From Methanotrichaceae archaeon (GTDB lineage Archaea; Halobacteriota; Methanosarcinia; Methanotrichales; Methanotrichaceae), in NCBI GenBank assembly GCA_963803145.1, contig CAWDLW010000020.1, forward strand, positions 32,001 to 96,000: a stretch of 64,000 bases of DNA, given 5' to 3'. The notes below the pieces were generated by a model. That model saw only the letters and a program-made list of their open reading frames with translations. It had not been told where the DNA came from and did not search any database. A program made the position numbers and the translations under genes. Positions 39,234 to 52,754 of the stretch are shown piece after piece; position 1 is the stretch's first letter, and every line of letters begins with the position of its first letter.

Positions 39234-39512
39234 TTGGCAGAGATAAGAGAAGATAGCCTTGTCAGATATAAAGGCACAGGCACAATCGGTACTGTAAAGG
39301 TTCTGAAGGAGGAGGATGGGCAGAAGTGGGCATTTCTTGATAGCACAGGCCTTTACTACAGATTGGATACCCTCGAGCCGATTGAAGCGGCTCCTGAACG
39401 CAAGGAGCTGGAGGGCATGACTCTGGAGCAAATCCAGGAACGCTTCAAAGCACACCAGGAGATCATGGATAAGGCAAAGATGCAGGATGAAAGCTTGGAA
39501 TCAGGCGGATAG
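39234..39512 (+). CDS. DUF2098 family protein
   Basis: VRYKGTGTIGTV...WAFLDSTGLYY and C-terminal GG; TTG start after GGTGA. Confidence 0.8.
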   Translation: MAEIREDSLVRYKGTGTIGTVKVLKEEDGQKWAFLDSTGLYYRLDTLEPIEAAPERKELEGMTLEQIQERFKAHQEIMDKAKMQDESLESGG

Positions 39513-40677
39513 AAATAGGATCGGGGTAGTAATTCATGGCCCTGAAGTCATAGATTCAGGCGCAGCCAGGAAGCTGATAAACTACCTTCAGAAATTCGGC
39601 ATCGTTACGGCAATCCTTGGCGGCACAATGGGCAGGCTGGCTATTATTGATGCCGGCCTTGATGATATAATAGCCATAAGCCCAAAAAGGAAGCCAAGCG
39701 AATCCCTTAGGGATCTCCAGGCCACCTCGGATATGTTGATTCTTATTAACCAGGCAAAGACAAAGGAGACCGCCATGGCCTTTGGCTCCAGAATAGCCGA
39801 TAATGCCAAAGCCACCAAGCCACTCATCCAAATTGACTGCGGCGGAAAGTTCATTGCGATATTAACAGGCGGTGGGGAAAACCTGGCTGAGAGATTATCA
39901 AAGGATCTAGGCCTTGATCTGCTGAATATTGCAGAATCTCAAAATGGCAAAGAGGGCAATATAACACATGAGGGCAATGTTACAAAGCGCAGACTGACAG
40001 GGGTTATGACCGGCGAACTCATAACGGTAAATGGAATAGTGATAGCTAAAGCGATAGATAATTCAATAGAGATCGAAGCCAGTAACAAAAGGATTGTAAA
40101 AGTAAACGGCGCAGAGATGAAGCTCCACGGCATTGAAAAGCTTCCTCCATTAGACCTGGAAAGAGCGGTCATCCGCAGCGGTATTATCAGGCGAACTAAT
40201 GCAAAGCCAGGGAAGGCCTTGAAGTGTAAAGGGAATTGGGCGGTGCTAATAAACCATAATGCTGAGGATGCCTTCGAAATATCAAAGGATGCTTGCATTG
40301 CTGTAACAGTTGGCGATGATACGACGGCTATCGCAAGAGAAATTCTCTCCCGGCTCGGTATACCTATCATCGGGATAATAGATGGCGATCTTGATGGACT
40401 TTCAGGTAATAAAGATAAGGACAACACTAACATCATTGCTGATATAGCTACTGATACTATTGATATCATTAATACAACTAATATTATGACAAATGCCGCC
40501 ACCCAAAATGGCAGCACCATAATCAGGGTAGAACCAGGATATGATGATGTGATTGGTGCTCAAGTGAAAGAGAAAATATTCATTGGCGTTAACAGAGCAC
40601 AAATTAAGACGAGCGAACTTTTAGACAGGATAAGGGAGATTGCTGGAAGCCATATAACCACGATTGAAAGATTCTAG
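39487..40677 (+). CDS. DUF2117 family protein
   Basis: IGVVIHGPEVIDSG, GGTMGR.A..DA, VTVGDDTT and GIIDGD motifs. Confidence 0.85.
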   Translation: MKAWNQADRNRIGVVIHGPEVIDSGAARKLINYLQKFGIVTAILGGTMGRLAIIDAGLDDIIAISPKRKPSESLRDLQATSDMLILINQAKTKETAMAFGSRIADNAKATKPLIQIDCGGKFIAILTGGGENLAERLSKDLGLDLLNIAESQNGKEGNITHEGNVTKRRLTGVMTGELITVNGIVIAKAIDNSIEIEASNKRIVKVNGAEMKLHGIEKLPPLDLERAVIRSGIIRRTNAKPGKALKCKGNWAVLINHNAEDAFEISKDACIAVTVGDDTTAIAREILSRLGIPIIGIIDGDLDGLSGNKDKDNTNIIADIATDTIDIINTTNIMTNAATQNGSTIIRVEPGYDDVIGAQVKEKIFIGVNRAQIKTSELLDRIREIAGSHITTIERF

Positions 40678-40678
40678 T

Positions 40679-42319
40679 TCAGAATACTTTCAGCTCATCG
40701 ATGAACGCTGGCCTTCTGCGGTTTTCCTGCCGAAGCTTGCTGATGAACTCTGCAAACTCGCCCTCGAATCCTCTTATTTCGCTCATCTTCCTGAGATAAG
40801 ATACAACCTCCTGGTAGTGTCTCCTGCCTGTTTCAATCCCTGCGAACGAATGAATCAGCTCACGGTATGCCTGGAAATATTCATTAGGATAGCGGTCTGC
40901 CAGGTCTTTATGATACTTCGCTAGGAGAGAGAGGCTCCTTGACTCCAGTAACCTCTTGAAGGCGGTATCGTACATCCCCTCCCTCAAATAGACATCAATT
41001 AATCTAGCTAAACTAAAGCGATCTTGAGAAAGGCTATTAATAATTCTCAATAATATATCGTTCCAGGATTCTGGGAATCTTGTCTTCATTGCTTCATAAT
41101 ATTTCCACTCATTGGTGTTCAGAAATAGCCATAATAGATTCTCTTTATATTTCTCGATATCAGAGTGCTCATAGAGCTCGCTCAGGAACACTCTGATGGG
41201 TTTTGTTTGATAATCGGGAAAAAGAGAGGAGCATTCCTCAGCCACCTTTACGGACTGCTCAAGATTACCGTCTTCTTTGAGCGACATGGCATATGACAAG
41301 CATAGATTAGGACTATGTTGATAGTATTGCTCGACGAGGTCATAGTAGTCGTTCTTCCTCTCAAGAGCCCATAGTAGTCGCAGCTTTGTTGAGATAAGCG
41401 CCAGTTTTCGATATGCCTTTTCTGCATCAATCTCCTCTTGCAGATATGGTTCCATGAGTTCCAGCACGTACTCGCGGTCCTCTCTGGATACGCATAGCTC
41501 CTCCATAGCCTGGAGGTACTCGTCCTCGAAATATTGAGTACCACCAATATATTTTTCGAAGAGATACTTTAGAGGATTTCTTCTTGCCTTGGCGTTAAGA
41601 TTTGCGCTTTTAATACAGTTGACGTAATTGCTTAGATAATTTGAGAATTTGCTCTCATAATATCCGCTGGACTCATCTATGGATTCCATCCTCTCATCGA
41701 TACTCTCGAAGAGGGCCTGGTAGATCTTTGCTGCCTCAAGAAAGCTCTTTTTCCTTATGTTGATTTCAGCAAGCTGCTCGAAGGGGGAGAAGTCAACCTC
41801 AGGCCCATAGTAGATTTCATCATCATATATCCCAGTCTCCCTGAAAAGCTTGCCTATCTCTCTCTTATAATCATGAATGCTCTTCAGATCACCGCTTCGG
41901 GAAAACCAGGTCATAAAATGGGTCCTTAGAGAAGGAAACTGCTCCATTTCATTGTGCAGGAATTCCCTCAGCTCCAAAGGATCTGCTTCTTTCAGTAAGG
42001 CCAAAGCTGCCTCCTGATCATGACGGCTCTTGGACATCATGACCTCGATTTCTTCTTTGTTATCGAGCATCGACAAAAGGACGGCTACAATATGCTTGCA
42101 GTATCCTTCCAGGTCGTAAGGGCAGTTGCACTCGGCCGATATCCCATTCTTTAGATCTACTTTAACATTGTACTTCTCAGTCCCCTGGACTTCAGCAGTC
42201 ACTCCTGTGGGTGATGCCCCTAGAATACTCACCCGGCCTTCATCGAGGTACCTCTTTCCGCGCTCGAAGGAGGCTTCTGTGCATAATTTTCTTACATCAT
42301 CGACTCCAAAATTCATCAA
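40679..42319 (-). CDS. SWIM zinc-finger protein with helical C-terminus
   Basis: SFERGKRY, V.G...Y.V, CNCPY....CKHIVAVL; C-terminal RRRPAFIDEL. Confidence 0.88.
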   Translation of the reverse strand: MMNFGVDDVRKLCTEASFERGKRYLDEGRVSILGASPTGVTAEVQGTEKYNVKVDLKNGISAECNCPYDLEGYCKHIVAVLLSMLDNKEEIEVMMSKSRHDQEAALALLKEADPLELREFLHNEMEQFPSLRTHFMTWFSRSGDLKSIHDYKREIGKLFRETGIYDDEIYYGPEVDFSPFEQLAEINIRKKSFLEAAKIYQALFESIDERMESIDESSGYYESKFSNYLSNYVNCIKSANLNAKARRNPLKYLFEKYIGGTQYFEDEYLQAMEELCVSREDREYVLELMEPYLQEEIDAEKAYRKLALISTKLRLLWALERKNDYYDLVEQYYQHSPNLCLSYAMSLKEDGNLEQSVKVAEECSSLFPDYQTKPIRVFLSELYEHSDIEKYKENLLWLFLNTNEWKYYEAMKTRFPESWNDILLRIINSLSQDRFSLARLIDVYLREGMYDTAFKRLLESRSLSLLAKYHKDLADRYPNEYFQAYRELIHSFAGIETGRRHYQEVVSYLRKMSEIRGFEGEFAEFISKLRQENRRRPAFIDELKVF

Positions 42320-42400
42320 ATTTTATATACATTTTCTACATTTATATATTCTGCTAATGCAGCAAAGATGAAATCTTTGAAGCATCCCTAATTATGATTT

Positions 42401-42995
42401 ATGGCAAAAACAGCTAAAGGCTCTTCAGATCAGTCAGAGCCTTTGACAGTTTACCAGCTTAAGGTGACCCTCGAAAGAATAAGACCGCCCATCTGGCGGA
42501 GGATCCAGGTTCGCGGGGACATATCGCTATTCAAGCTTCACAAGATCTTACAAGAGGTCATGGGCTGGTATGACTACCATCTACACCAGCTCCTTATTGA
42601 TGGCGAGAGATACAGCGTTATTTCCAGGGAGGCAGATATGCTGGGAGATGATTTCAAGGACGAGAAAAGGGTCAGGCTGAACAGAGTCATCCCTGGGGAG
42701 AAGTTCGAGTTCACCTATGAGTACGACTTTGGGGATAGCTGGCTATCATAAGATCCTGGTGGAGAAGATCTTCAAGCCTGATGAGGAGTTGACGCATCCT
42801 GTTTGCCTGAAGGGCAAGCGTTCTGCCCCTCCGGAGGACTGTGGCGGAGTTGGCGGATACTACCATCTACGGGAGGCTCTCAGAGATAAAGATCACCCGG
42901 ATCATGAATATCTGATGGAGTGGACGGGAGATGAATACGATCCAGAGCATTTCAATATCGAGGAAGTGAATGAAAGGTTGAAGAAGATCAGGTGA
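42401..42995 (+). pseudogene. Plasmid pRiA4b ORF-3 family protein, frameshifted
   Basis: YQLKVTL...PPIWRRI, YEYDFGDSW, then a frameshift near 42742 to HKILVE...PPEDCGG. Confidence 0.88.
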
Positions 42996-43041
42996 ATGTT
43001 GGTATAAGGATTCATATGTAGCCAAAAAGCAAGGGATAACA

Positions 43042-43485
43042 ATGAAAGAAGAGAAAGATGGACTGAGCATGATAAAACCCACATCGTTCTATTCCAGTGA
43101 AAGCGAGAAAATAAAATTAAACTGGTTTTGTTACGAATTATCAATAGAAATATATGATAATATGAAAAAGCGTATGGGAAATCGATTAAAGAGAAAAGGA
43201 ATCAGTGACGAAGTTCTTGCTGAATTTTCAATTAATATATCGAAAAGCATGAAAGACATCATACTAGAAAAGCTGTCGGGCAGGATCAAGAAGGTATATT
43301 TTTGCCATGAAATGATAGAACGGAATTTTCCGAATCTCGATGATAGGACGATCAATAGAATGCTGAATATTATTTCAAGAACGTGGGATAAAATGCTCAG
43401 CAATTGTGAAGTATGCCCTACACGATGCATAAGCGATAAAGATGCATATTGTGCCATGTTCAATGTTAAAGATCTCTTTACATGA
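43042..43485 (+). CDS. Hypothetical protein with C-terminal Cys cluster
   Basis: 147-aa AT-rich ORF containing CEVCPTRC...C. Confidence 0.65.
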   Translation: MKEEKDGLSMIKPTSFYSSESEKIKLNWFCYELSIEIYDNMKKRMGNRLKRKGISDEVLAEFSINISKSMKDIILEKLSGRIKKVYFCHEMIERNFPNLDDRTINRMLNIISRTWDKMLSNCEVCPTRCISDKDAYCAMFNVKDLFT

Positions 43486-43506
43486 GCCTCGCCAAGAGAT
43501 GTAGAT

Positions 43507-43725
43507 ATGAAGATAAGCTATGATCGTGAAGTGGACGTTCTCACCCTTGAGTTCTCGGATGGCGACATAGACCATGCAGAGGAAGCAGGGCCGACGATAA
43601 TCCATCTCACTGAGGATAACAGGCCCGTTCTCATTGAGATCCTGGATGCCAGCGATTTTCTGGCCAGCCTAACCAAGATTTCCGCCAGAGCTGCGAGCAG
43701 AGAGGCAGTGGAAATCGAATCATAG
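43507..43725 (+). CDS. DUF2283 family protein (putative orphan antitoxin)
   Basis: MKISYDREVDVL...IEILDAS pattern. Confidence 0.85.
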   Translation: MKISYDREVDVLTLEFSDGDIDHAEEAGPTIIHLTEDNRPVLIEILDASDFLASLTKISARAASREAVEIES

Positions 43726-43848
43726 AATTTTGCTCAACTTTTATCCGCTTGGAAGGGCTACTCTTCATAAAGATTAATGATTTTCTAAGAAATTCGGCTT
43801 ATCGCAAATAATTCGTCCCTCTTTGTATTCCTTGTTCCAGCTATTATG

Positions 43849-43919
43849 ATTCAAGAAACTACACTTCTTCTAGGGCTAATGCTAACGACCTTCTAGCGCG
43901 CTCAGTCGCCATGCGGGCT
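43849..43919 (-). repeat. Structured dispersed repeat, copy D (partial)
   Basis: TTCAAG...CTTCTAGGGCTAATGCTAACGACCTTCTAGCGCGCTCAGTCGCCATGCGGGCT; truncated before the second hairpin. Confidence 0.8.
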
Positions 43920-43987
43920 TCAGAGACTGCAATCCAAGGCGTATATTTCAGAACCGCTTTGACTTCGTATTTGTGCCAGCTAATTTA

Positions 43988-44118
43988 ATCCAAAGCCTAC
44001 GCTTTCTTTTTGGGCTAACACTAATGGTTATACTAGCGTGCTCAATCGCCGCACGGGCTACCCCTAACCCCTCTTCGGGGGAAGGTTTGGATTGCCTGGA
44101 ATACGGATAAGAGAGGAT
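43988..44118 (-). repeat. Structured dispersed repeat, copy E
   Basis: GGGCTAACACTAATGG...CTAGCGTGCTCAATCGCCGCACGGGCTACCCCTAACCCCTCTTCGGGGGAAGG. Confidence 0.88.
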
Positions 44119-44238
44119 GTGTTTTCAAAGCCTTTCAAGTTTTCAGCGTACAGGAATAGCTCTAGAAATTAGGGGCAGGATTACAGTAATTCCTTGAGCT
44201 TCAGGAATTGAGGTCAAGATATAGAATAAGAAAGCCGG

Positions 44239-44588
44239 GTGAATAAGACAGCTCCTGCTTTGGCTTTTAGGGTGCATAGTAAACTATTGATCGAATAACA
44301 ATGCTAAGTTAGTTGTATGAGTAATAACGGTAAACTCTTCGAGTTCTGTTTAAGGATTGATAGCATATTAATAGCAATTCTTCCAACTCTGTTACAGTAA
44401 AAGCAAAAATAAGATTTAGTGAATATGGCAGCTCCTGCCTTGGTTTTTCGGGTGCACAGGATGCAATCGACCATGTATAAAGGCTAGTCAACAATATGAT
44501 AACAGTAATTTTTGGAACTCTGATAGAATCAAAGTTAAAATTCATATTCTAAATTATAAGATTATAAAAATCAAGTGAATATGGCAGC
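44239..44588. repeat. Degenerate direct repeats carrying the 5S rRNA 3'-terminal sequence
   Basis: AGTGAATATGGCAGC is identical at 44418-44432 and 44574-44588 (5S end); a diverged GTGAATAAGACAGC at 44239 shares about 40 bp with the 44419 copy. Confidence 0.7.
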
Positions 44589-44703
44589 GATCTGCAGTTC
44601 CCGAGAGCTCGCGCATCTGAGTACAGTGCAAAACGTGGACGGGCTTATCTTCTGAGTTCGGGATGGGATCAGGAGTTACCCCGTCGCTATGGCCGCCATA
44701 TTC
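44577..44703 (-). rRNA. rrf: 5S rRNA
   Basis: Helix I GAATATGGCGGC/GCTGCCATATTC; conserved CCATCCCGAAC segment; ends approximate. Confidence 0.93.
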
Positions 44704-44707
44704 GATT

Positions 44708-44759
44708 CCAGGTATCGGGTTCGAACCGATTGAGCTGCTTCCAAATTAAGCAACCCTGG
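44708..44759 (-). other. tRNA-like (t-element) structure in the 23S-5S spacer
   Basis: Minus strand CCAGG-[GTTGCTT..AAGCAGC]-ATCGG TTCGAAC CCGAT-A-CCTGG: acceptor-like stem plus T-arm ending 4 nt before 5S. Confidence 0.7.
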
Positions 44760-44844
44760 TGTATAGAATCGATTGGGATTTAGATTTAGGCCAATCTTAT
44801 CTTAGCTAAGCTTTGCGACCAGATTACGCCTGAGCATAATGGAG

Positions 44845-47740
<2,896 letters not shown>

Positions 47741-47871
47741 ATTGCTCCACTATAACTCAGTGAGCGTCTGGTCGCAAAGCTTATACACGGCTTCTCAGGC
47801 CTCTATCGACTTGCGATCGATTGGCCTCGGCCCTTCCACATCGAGTCCTCCTCAATGTGTGCATTTTACAG

Positions 47872-47944
47872 TGGACTTGCTGGGATTCGAACCCAGGGCC
47901 TCCGCCTTGCAAAGGCGGCGCTCTACCAGCTGAGCTACAAGCCC
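47872..47944 (-). tRNA. tRNA-Ala(UGC)
   Basis: GGGCTTGTAGCTCAGCTGGTAGAGCGCCGCCTTTGCAAGGCGGAGGCCCTGGGTTCGAATCCCAGCAAGTCCA; G3:U70 pair; CCA not encoded. Confidence 0.97.
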
Positions 47945-48190
47945 CGGTTTAAAGCCCAGCAATAATTAAATTAAAGCTGGCTTTCGGTTTGATTTTAGTT
48001 TGATTTCGTTTTGTTACCATTAGGTTTTCGTTGATTAAGTTTTAGTGGTTTTCTGGTTCTTATTTGGTCCTGGCTAACTTTTCAGACTCCAATCGATACT
48101 ACTTCTTTTGGCGGTATCCGCTTGAAGAAGCGGATTGCTTTGTTTTTGCATACGTAACGTATGCTTTTGCGCTCATTTGAGCGCGACATT

Positions 48191-49661
<1,471 letters not shown>

Positions 49662-49890
49662 TGTTTCTTTAGGGAAGTATTTTGTATCGATTGGAATTGG
49701 CTGAGCAGCCAAGACCATTGTCAGACACGAAAAATCTCGCGTCTCCACTAAACTATAATCTTTTTGGATCTAAGCTCTTCAGCTTAGCTCTAGCTCTTTA
49801 TGCCGCAACCTGGATAGCAGCTCATCATAAATCAGAGCCGTAACGTTTCGTTGCGACGCCTTTTCGGCCCGACTCTATAGGTTTCCTGGC

Positions 49891-49970
49891 TATTTATAGT
49901 TTCCTGTCGCCGGAAGCCCCGTTCATCGGACCTTCTTATCTATTCACTACTGGTATTTATACTTTTCTTC
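49891..49970 (-). promoter_or_regulatory. Tandem rRNA operon promoters (two TATA boxes with purine-rich BRE)
   Basis: Minus strand TATAAATA at 49891-49898 and 49954-49961, each preceded by an A/G-rich tract. Confidence 0.65.
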
Positions 49971-50332
49971 CACGCAACACAATCAAATCTTATTGCTGCG
50001 CGGATCCGATCTATGACAATATAGTTATCCGTGTTTCAAAAGCTCTTTGCTATCACGCAAAAGGGCTGAATCGTACGCTGTCGGATGTGTCATATCGGCC
50101 TCATCTACTAGCATAATCATAGTATTTGAGGATTACGGCCATGTGCTGATAATATAATACGAACCTGTAAGTTGTTCTTAGTGCTGGAGGTTTCAGTATC
50201 GTATAGCTATGACCTCATTCTCATCCTAAGCTAGGGTTAATCTGGCGGCTTGACTTGAGGGCTTTCTTCCAATACGCATAGGAGATAGATCCGCCCAGAA
50301 ACTATTTATTTAGATTTCTTGAGATTAATGTT

Positions 50333-51172
50333 GTGAACCGCCCATACGAGTTTATTACCTACTTGAGTAGACTTAAAGCTGCCTATAACCGTTTTGGGCT
50401 CTATATCTGGGCGCTCAATACTGCAGTAGTCGCCATTGGGATCTATGCGATCACCCTTTTAATTGGCATTCCTGCATTTACTCAATTCTACTGGCGCGAC
50501 TCTCTGCTTCTCGCGAATTTGCCTGCAATCATGTCCTTGGCTTTTGGAGCTTTAATTGCGACGCTCGTCGGAAAAAGGAATAAATCTGATCTCTATAGGC
50601 TTCTAGGCCCTGAGCTGTCCGAGAAGGCTCGAACAGGCTATGATAATAGAGACGAAGAATCATTGCCAATGCAGAACCTAGCCGAGGATCTAAAGATAAG
50701 CCTCTCAAGGGTTCAGCCCTCGAAGATCTTCGATTGGCGGAAGATCAGAATCAGAGCTGTACTCGCGATCATTCTTGCTGGTGCTACAATATTCATAGCA
50801 AGCAGTCAGATTAGTGCAGATATAACGCCAAATGATTTTCAATCAATATCGGACCTGAGAGACAGAGCGATGGGACTCTTCAAGAACGAGACGCCATCGC
50901 AAAGACCGTCATCAGTTAATTTCTCAGGCAACGGCAGTATCTATGGCAAGCCATCCCTTGCAGTTCTGAACGAAAACAAACTGCAGTTGGAGCTTTACCC
51001 TGGAATAGGCACTGGTTCCCAAGCAAGGAATACCACGCCTACAGAGCATTTATTCCAGCAATCTCAGCCGGGAGAAGCTGCCGCAGTGCCAGCCGATCAA
51101 TATATTGAAAGCTTGCCCCCACAGAATAAGGAGATAATACAGAAGTACTTCCAAAACCTTGCGGGCAGTTGA
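50333..51172 (+). CDS. Membrane protein of the type found with MoxR/DUF58/vWA operons
   Basis: Three TM segments; EKARTGYDN and C-terminal LPPQNKEIIQKYFQNL. Confidence 0.65.
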   Translation: MNRPYEFITYLSRLKAAYNRFGLYIWALNTAVVAIGIYAITLLIGIPAFTQFYWRDSLLLANLPAIMSLAFGALIATLVGKRNKSDLYRLLGPELSEKARTGYDNRDEESLPMQNLAEDLKISLSRVQPSKIFDWRKIRIRAVLAIILAGATIFIASSQISADITPNDFQSISDLRDRAMGLFKNETPSQRPSSVNFSGNGSIYGKPSLAVLNENKLQLELYPGIGTGSQARNTTPTEHLFQQSQPGEAAAVPADQYIESLPPQNKEIIQKYFQNLAGS

Positions 51173-51508
51173 TGTTTTTTGGCATGCAGGGCTTAAATTT
51201 ATATCTAAGTTTATGCTACTATAAATGGCTGGAGCATTTAGAATTTAATATGCAAGATTAAAATTTCTTTTAATATAGCTGATTTTTAAAGAGAGTTATG
51301 TTTAGCAAGTTAGGAAGGAGATCCGTCAAGCTATTTTATTCTAGCTGTTGACATAATTCTAACTATTACTACTAATCATTACTTCCACATAGTTTATAAA
51401 ACCTCAGAACGAGAATATAAATGTGAGTTTTAGTAATATTGCTAAACTAGGCAGTTTAAGCCAATATGAAACTAAACCAATATTCAATTGTGATGGAGGA
51501 GATATCGC

Positions 51509-51796
51509 ATGAGGACGAAGAAAAGAAGTGATGATCTAATAATCGCTCAGATATTGGATATATGCCAAAGCAGCGCACGTAAAACTAGGATAGTATACCA
51601 GGCTAACCTTAATTCCACGACGGTCAATCGATATCTGGAATGCCTTATAGAGACCGGCATGATTGAGCAGTCCAACTATGGATCAAGCTACCTGTTTAAG
51701 ACAACGGTAAAAGGAGCTGAGCTGAAAAATAGGATGAGCCGTCTCCAGACGGAGATGGATGAACTCCGCACCAACGTGCTTAAAGTTCCAGCCTAA
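51509..51796 (+). CDS. Archaeal winged-HTH transcriptional regulator, copy 1
   Basis: KRS...IIAQILDIC...KTRIVYQANLN....NRYL..L...G and TTVKG. Confidence 0.88.
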   Translation: MRTKKRSDDLIIAQILDICQSSARKTRIVYQANLNSTTVNRYLECLIETGMIEQSNYGSSYLFKTTVKGAELKNRMSRLQTEMDELRTNVLKVPA

Positions 51797-52223
51797 ACTT
51801 CAGCTCAATACTCATCATAAGTATCCTCAACATTAATCTGAATCAATTTCAGTCGCATTGATCAATTCAATCGCAAAAATTAATTCAAACCGGATTAATC
51901 AATCCCAAATGAATTAATCAATTCCAGCAACACTAGTCGATCCTATCCCCAAGGATATATTGCCCCACGGGCAGATACTATTTTTTAGGTAATCCATCAT
52001 AATGTTCCAAATTAGAATCTCTTCGCGCACAAAAAGTACTAAGAATACATATTTTAACTCGAAATTCAAAATACAGACTGTTAATTAACATTGCATATTC
52101 ATACATACTCTCAAAATTGACTGTTCATACAACTATTTCTGGTATATTTATTTTCTATGAGACAGTAAGAGGTGTATCTGCGTAGCATCATCCAATCTAA
52201 ACGGTTTAAATGTGGTGAAAATT

Positions 52224-52535
52224 ATGGTATCGAAAAGACGCACCGATGATAAAATCATCTATTTAATTCTCGATATATGCCAGGATGGTGCTCTTAAAAC
52301 GAATATTATCCAAGGAGCCAAGCTTAATTATACAACAGTTAACCGCTACTTGGATATCTTAGTCAAAAATGGCATGGTAACTGAACTGGGCAAAAAGCCG
52401 ACAACTATGTTCAAGACCACAACCAAGGGATCAAAGTTTAAGAAGAAGCTGGTTGGCATACATTCGCAGATAAATAACGGCTGGACACCTGAAAAATCAT
52501 TTTCTGCAGCCGATTCGAACAGGGAAGATAAATAG
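52224..52535 (+). CDS. Archaeal winged-HTH transcriptional regulator, copy 2
   Basis: KRRTDDKIIYLILDIC..GALKTNII..AKLNY..VNRYL and TTTKG; paralog of 51509-51796. Confidence 0.85.
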   Translation: MVSKRRTDDKIIYLILDICQDGALKTNIIQGAKLNYTTVNRYLDILVKNGMVTELGKKPTTMFKTTTKGSKFKKKLVGIHSQINNGWTPEKSFSAADSNREDK

Positions 52536-52754
52536 CTTCTGGAGTTATATCTCTAATCAACAGCTACCTGCTACATTCGTTTTTGCTTTCGTCAATTCTA
52601 ATTCGCGATTTCAGGAATTTATTAAACTACCTGATAAAAGTTATCCATTCTGCAGCTTCATATCATCGATCACAGTTTATAAGAAGAAGGCAAAAAAAAT
52701 TATCTCGAGCTGGCATCGGTTATAGCTCATATTGCCAGCCATATTGTATCAGTT

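Noticed and set aside
24047-44118. Structured repeat as CRISPR array, integron attC or twister ribozyme
   Set aside because: Copies are long, kilobases apart and in both orientations, with no cas genes. The two TTAG-containing boxes are direct rather than inverted, so they do not form attC ends, and no intI is present. The TAAYACT segment recalls twister, but the complementary AGTR-GAG strand is missing.
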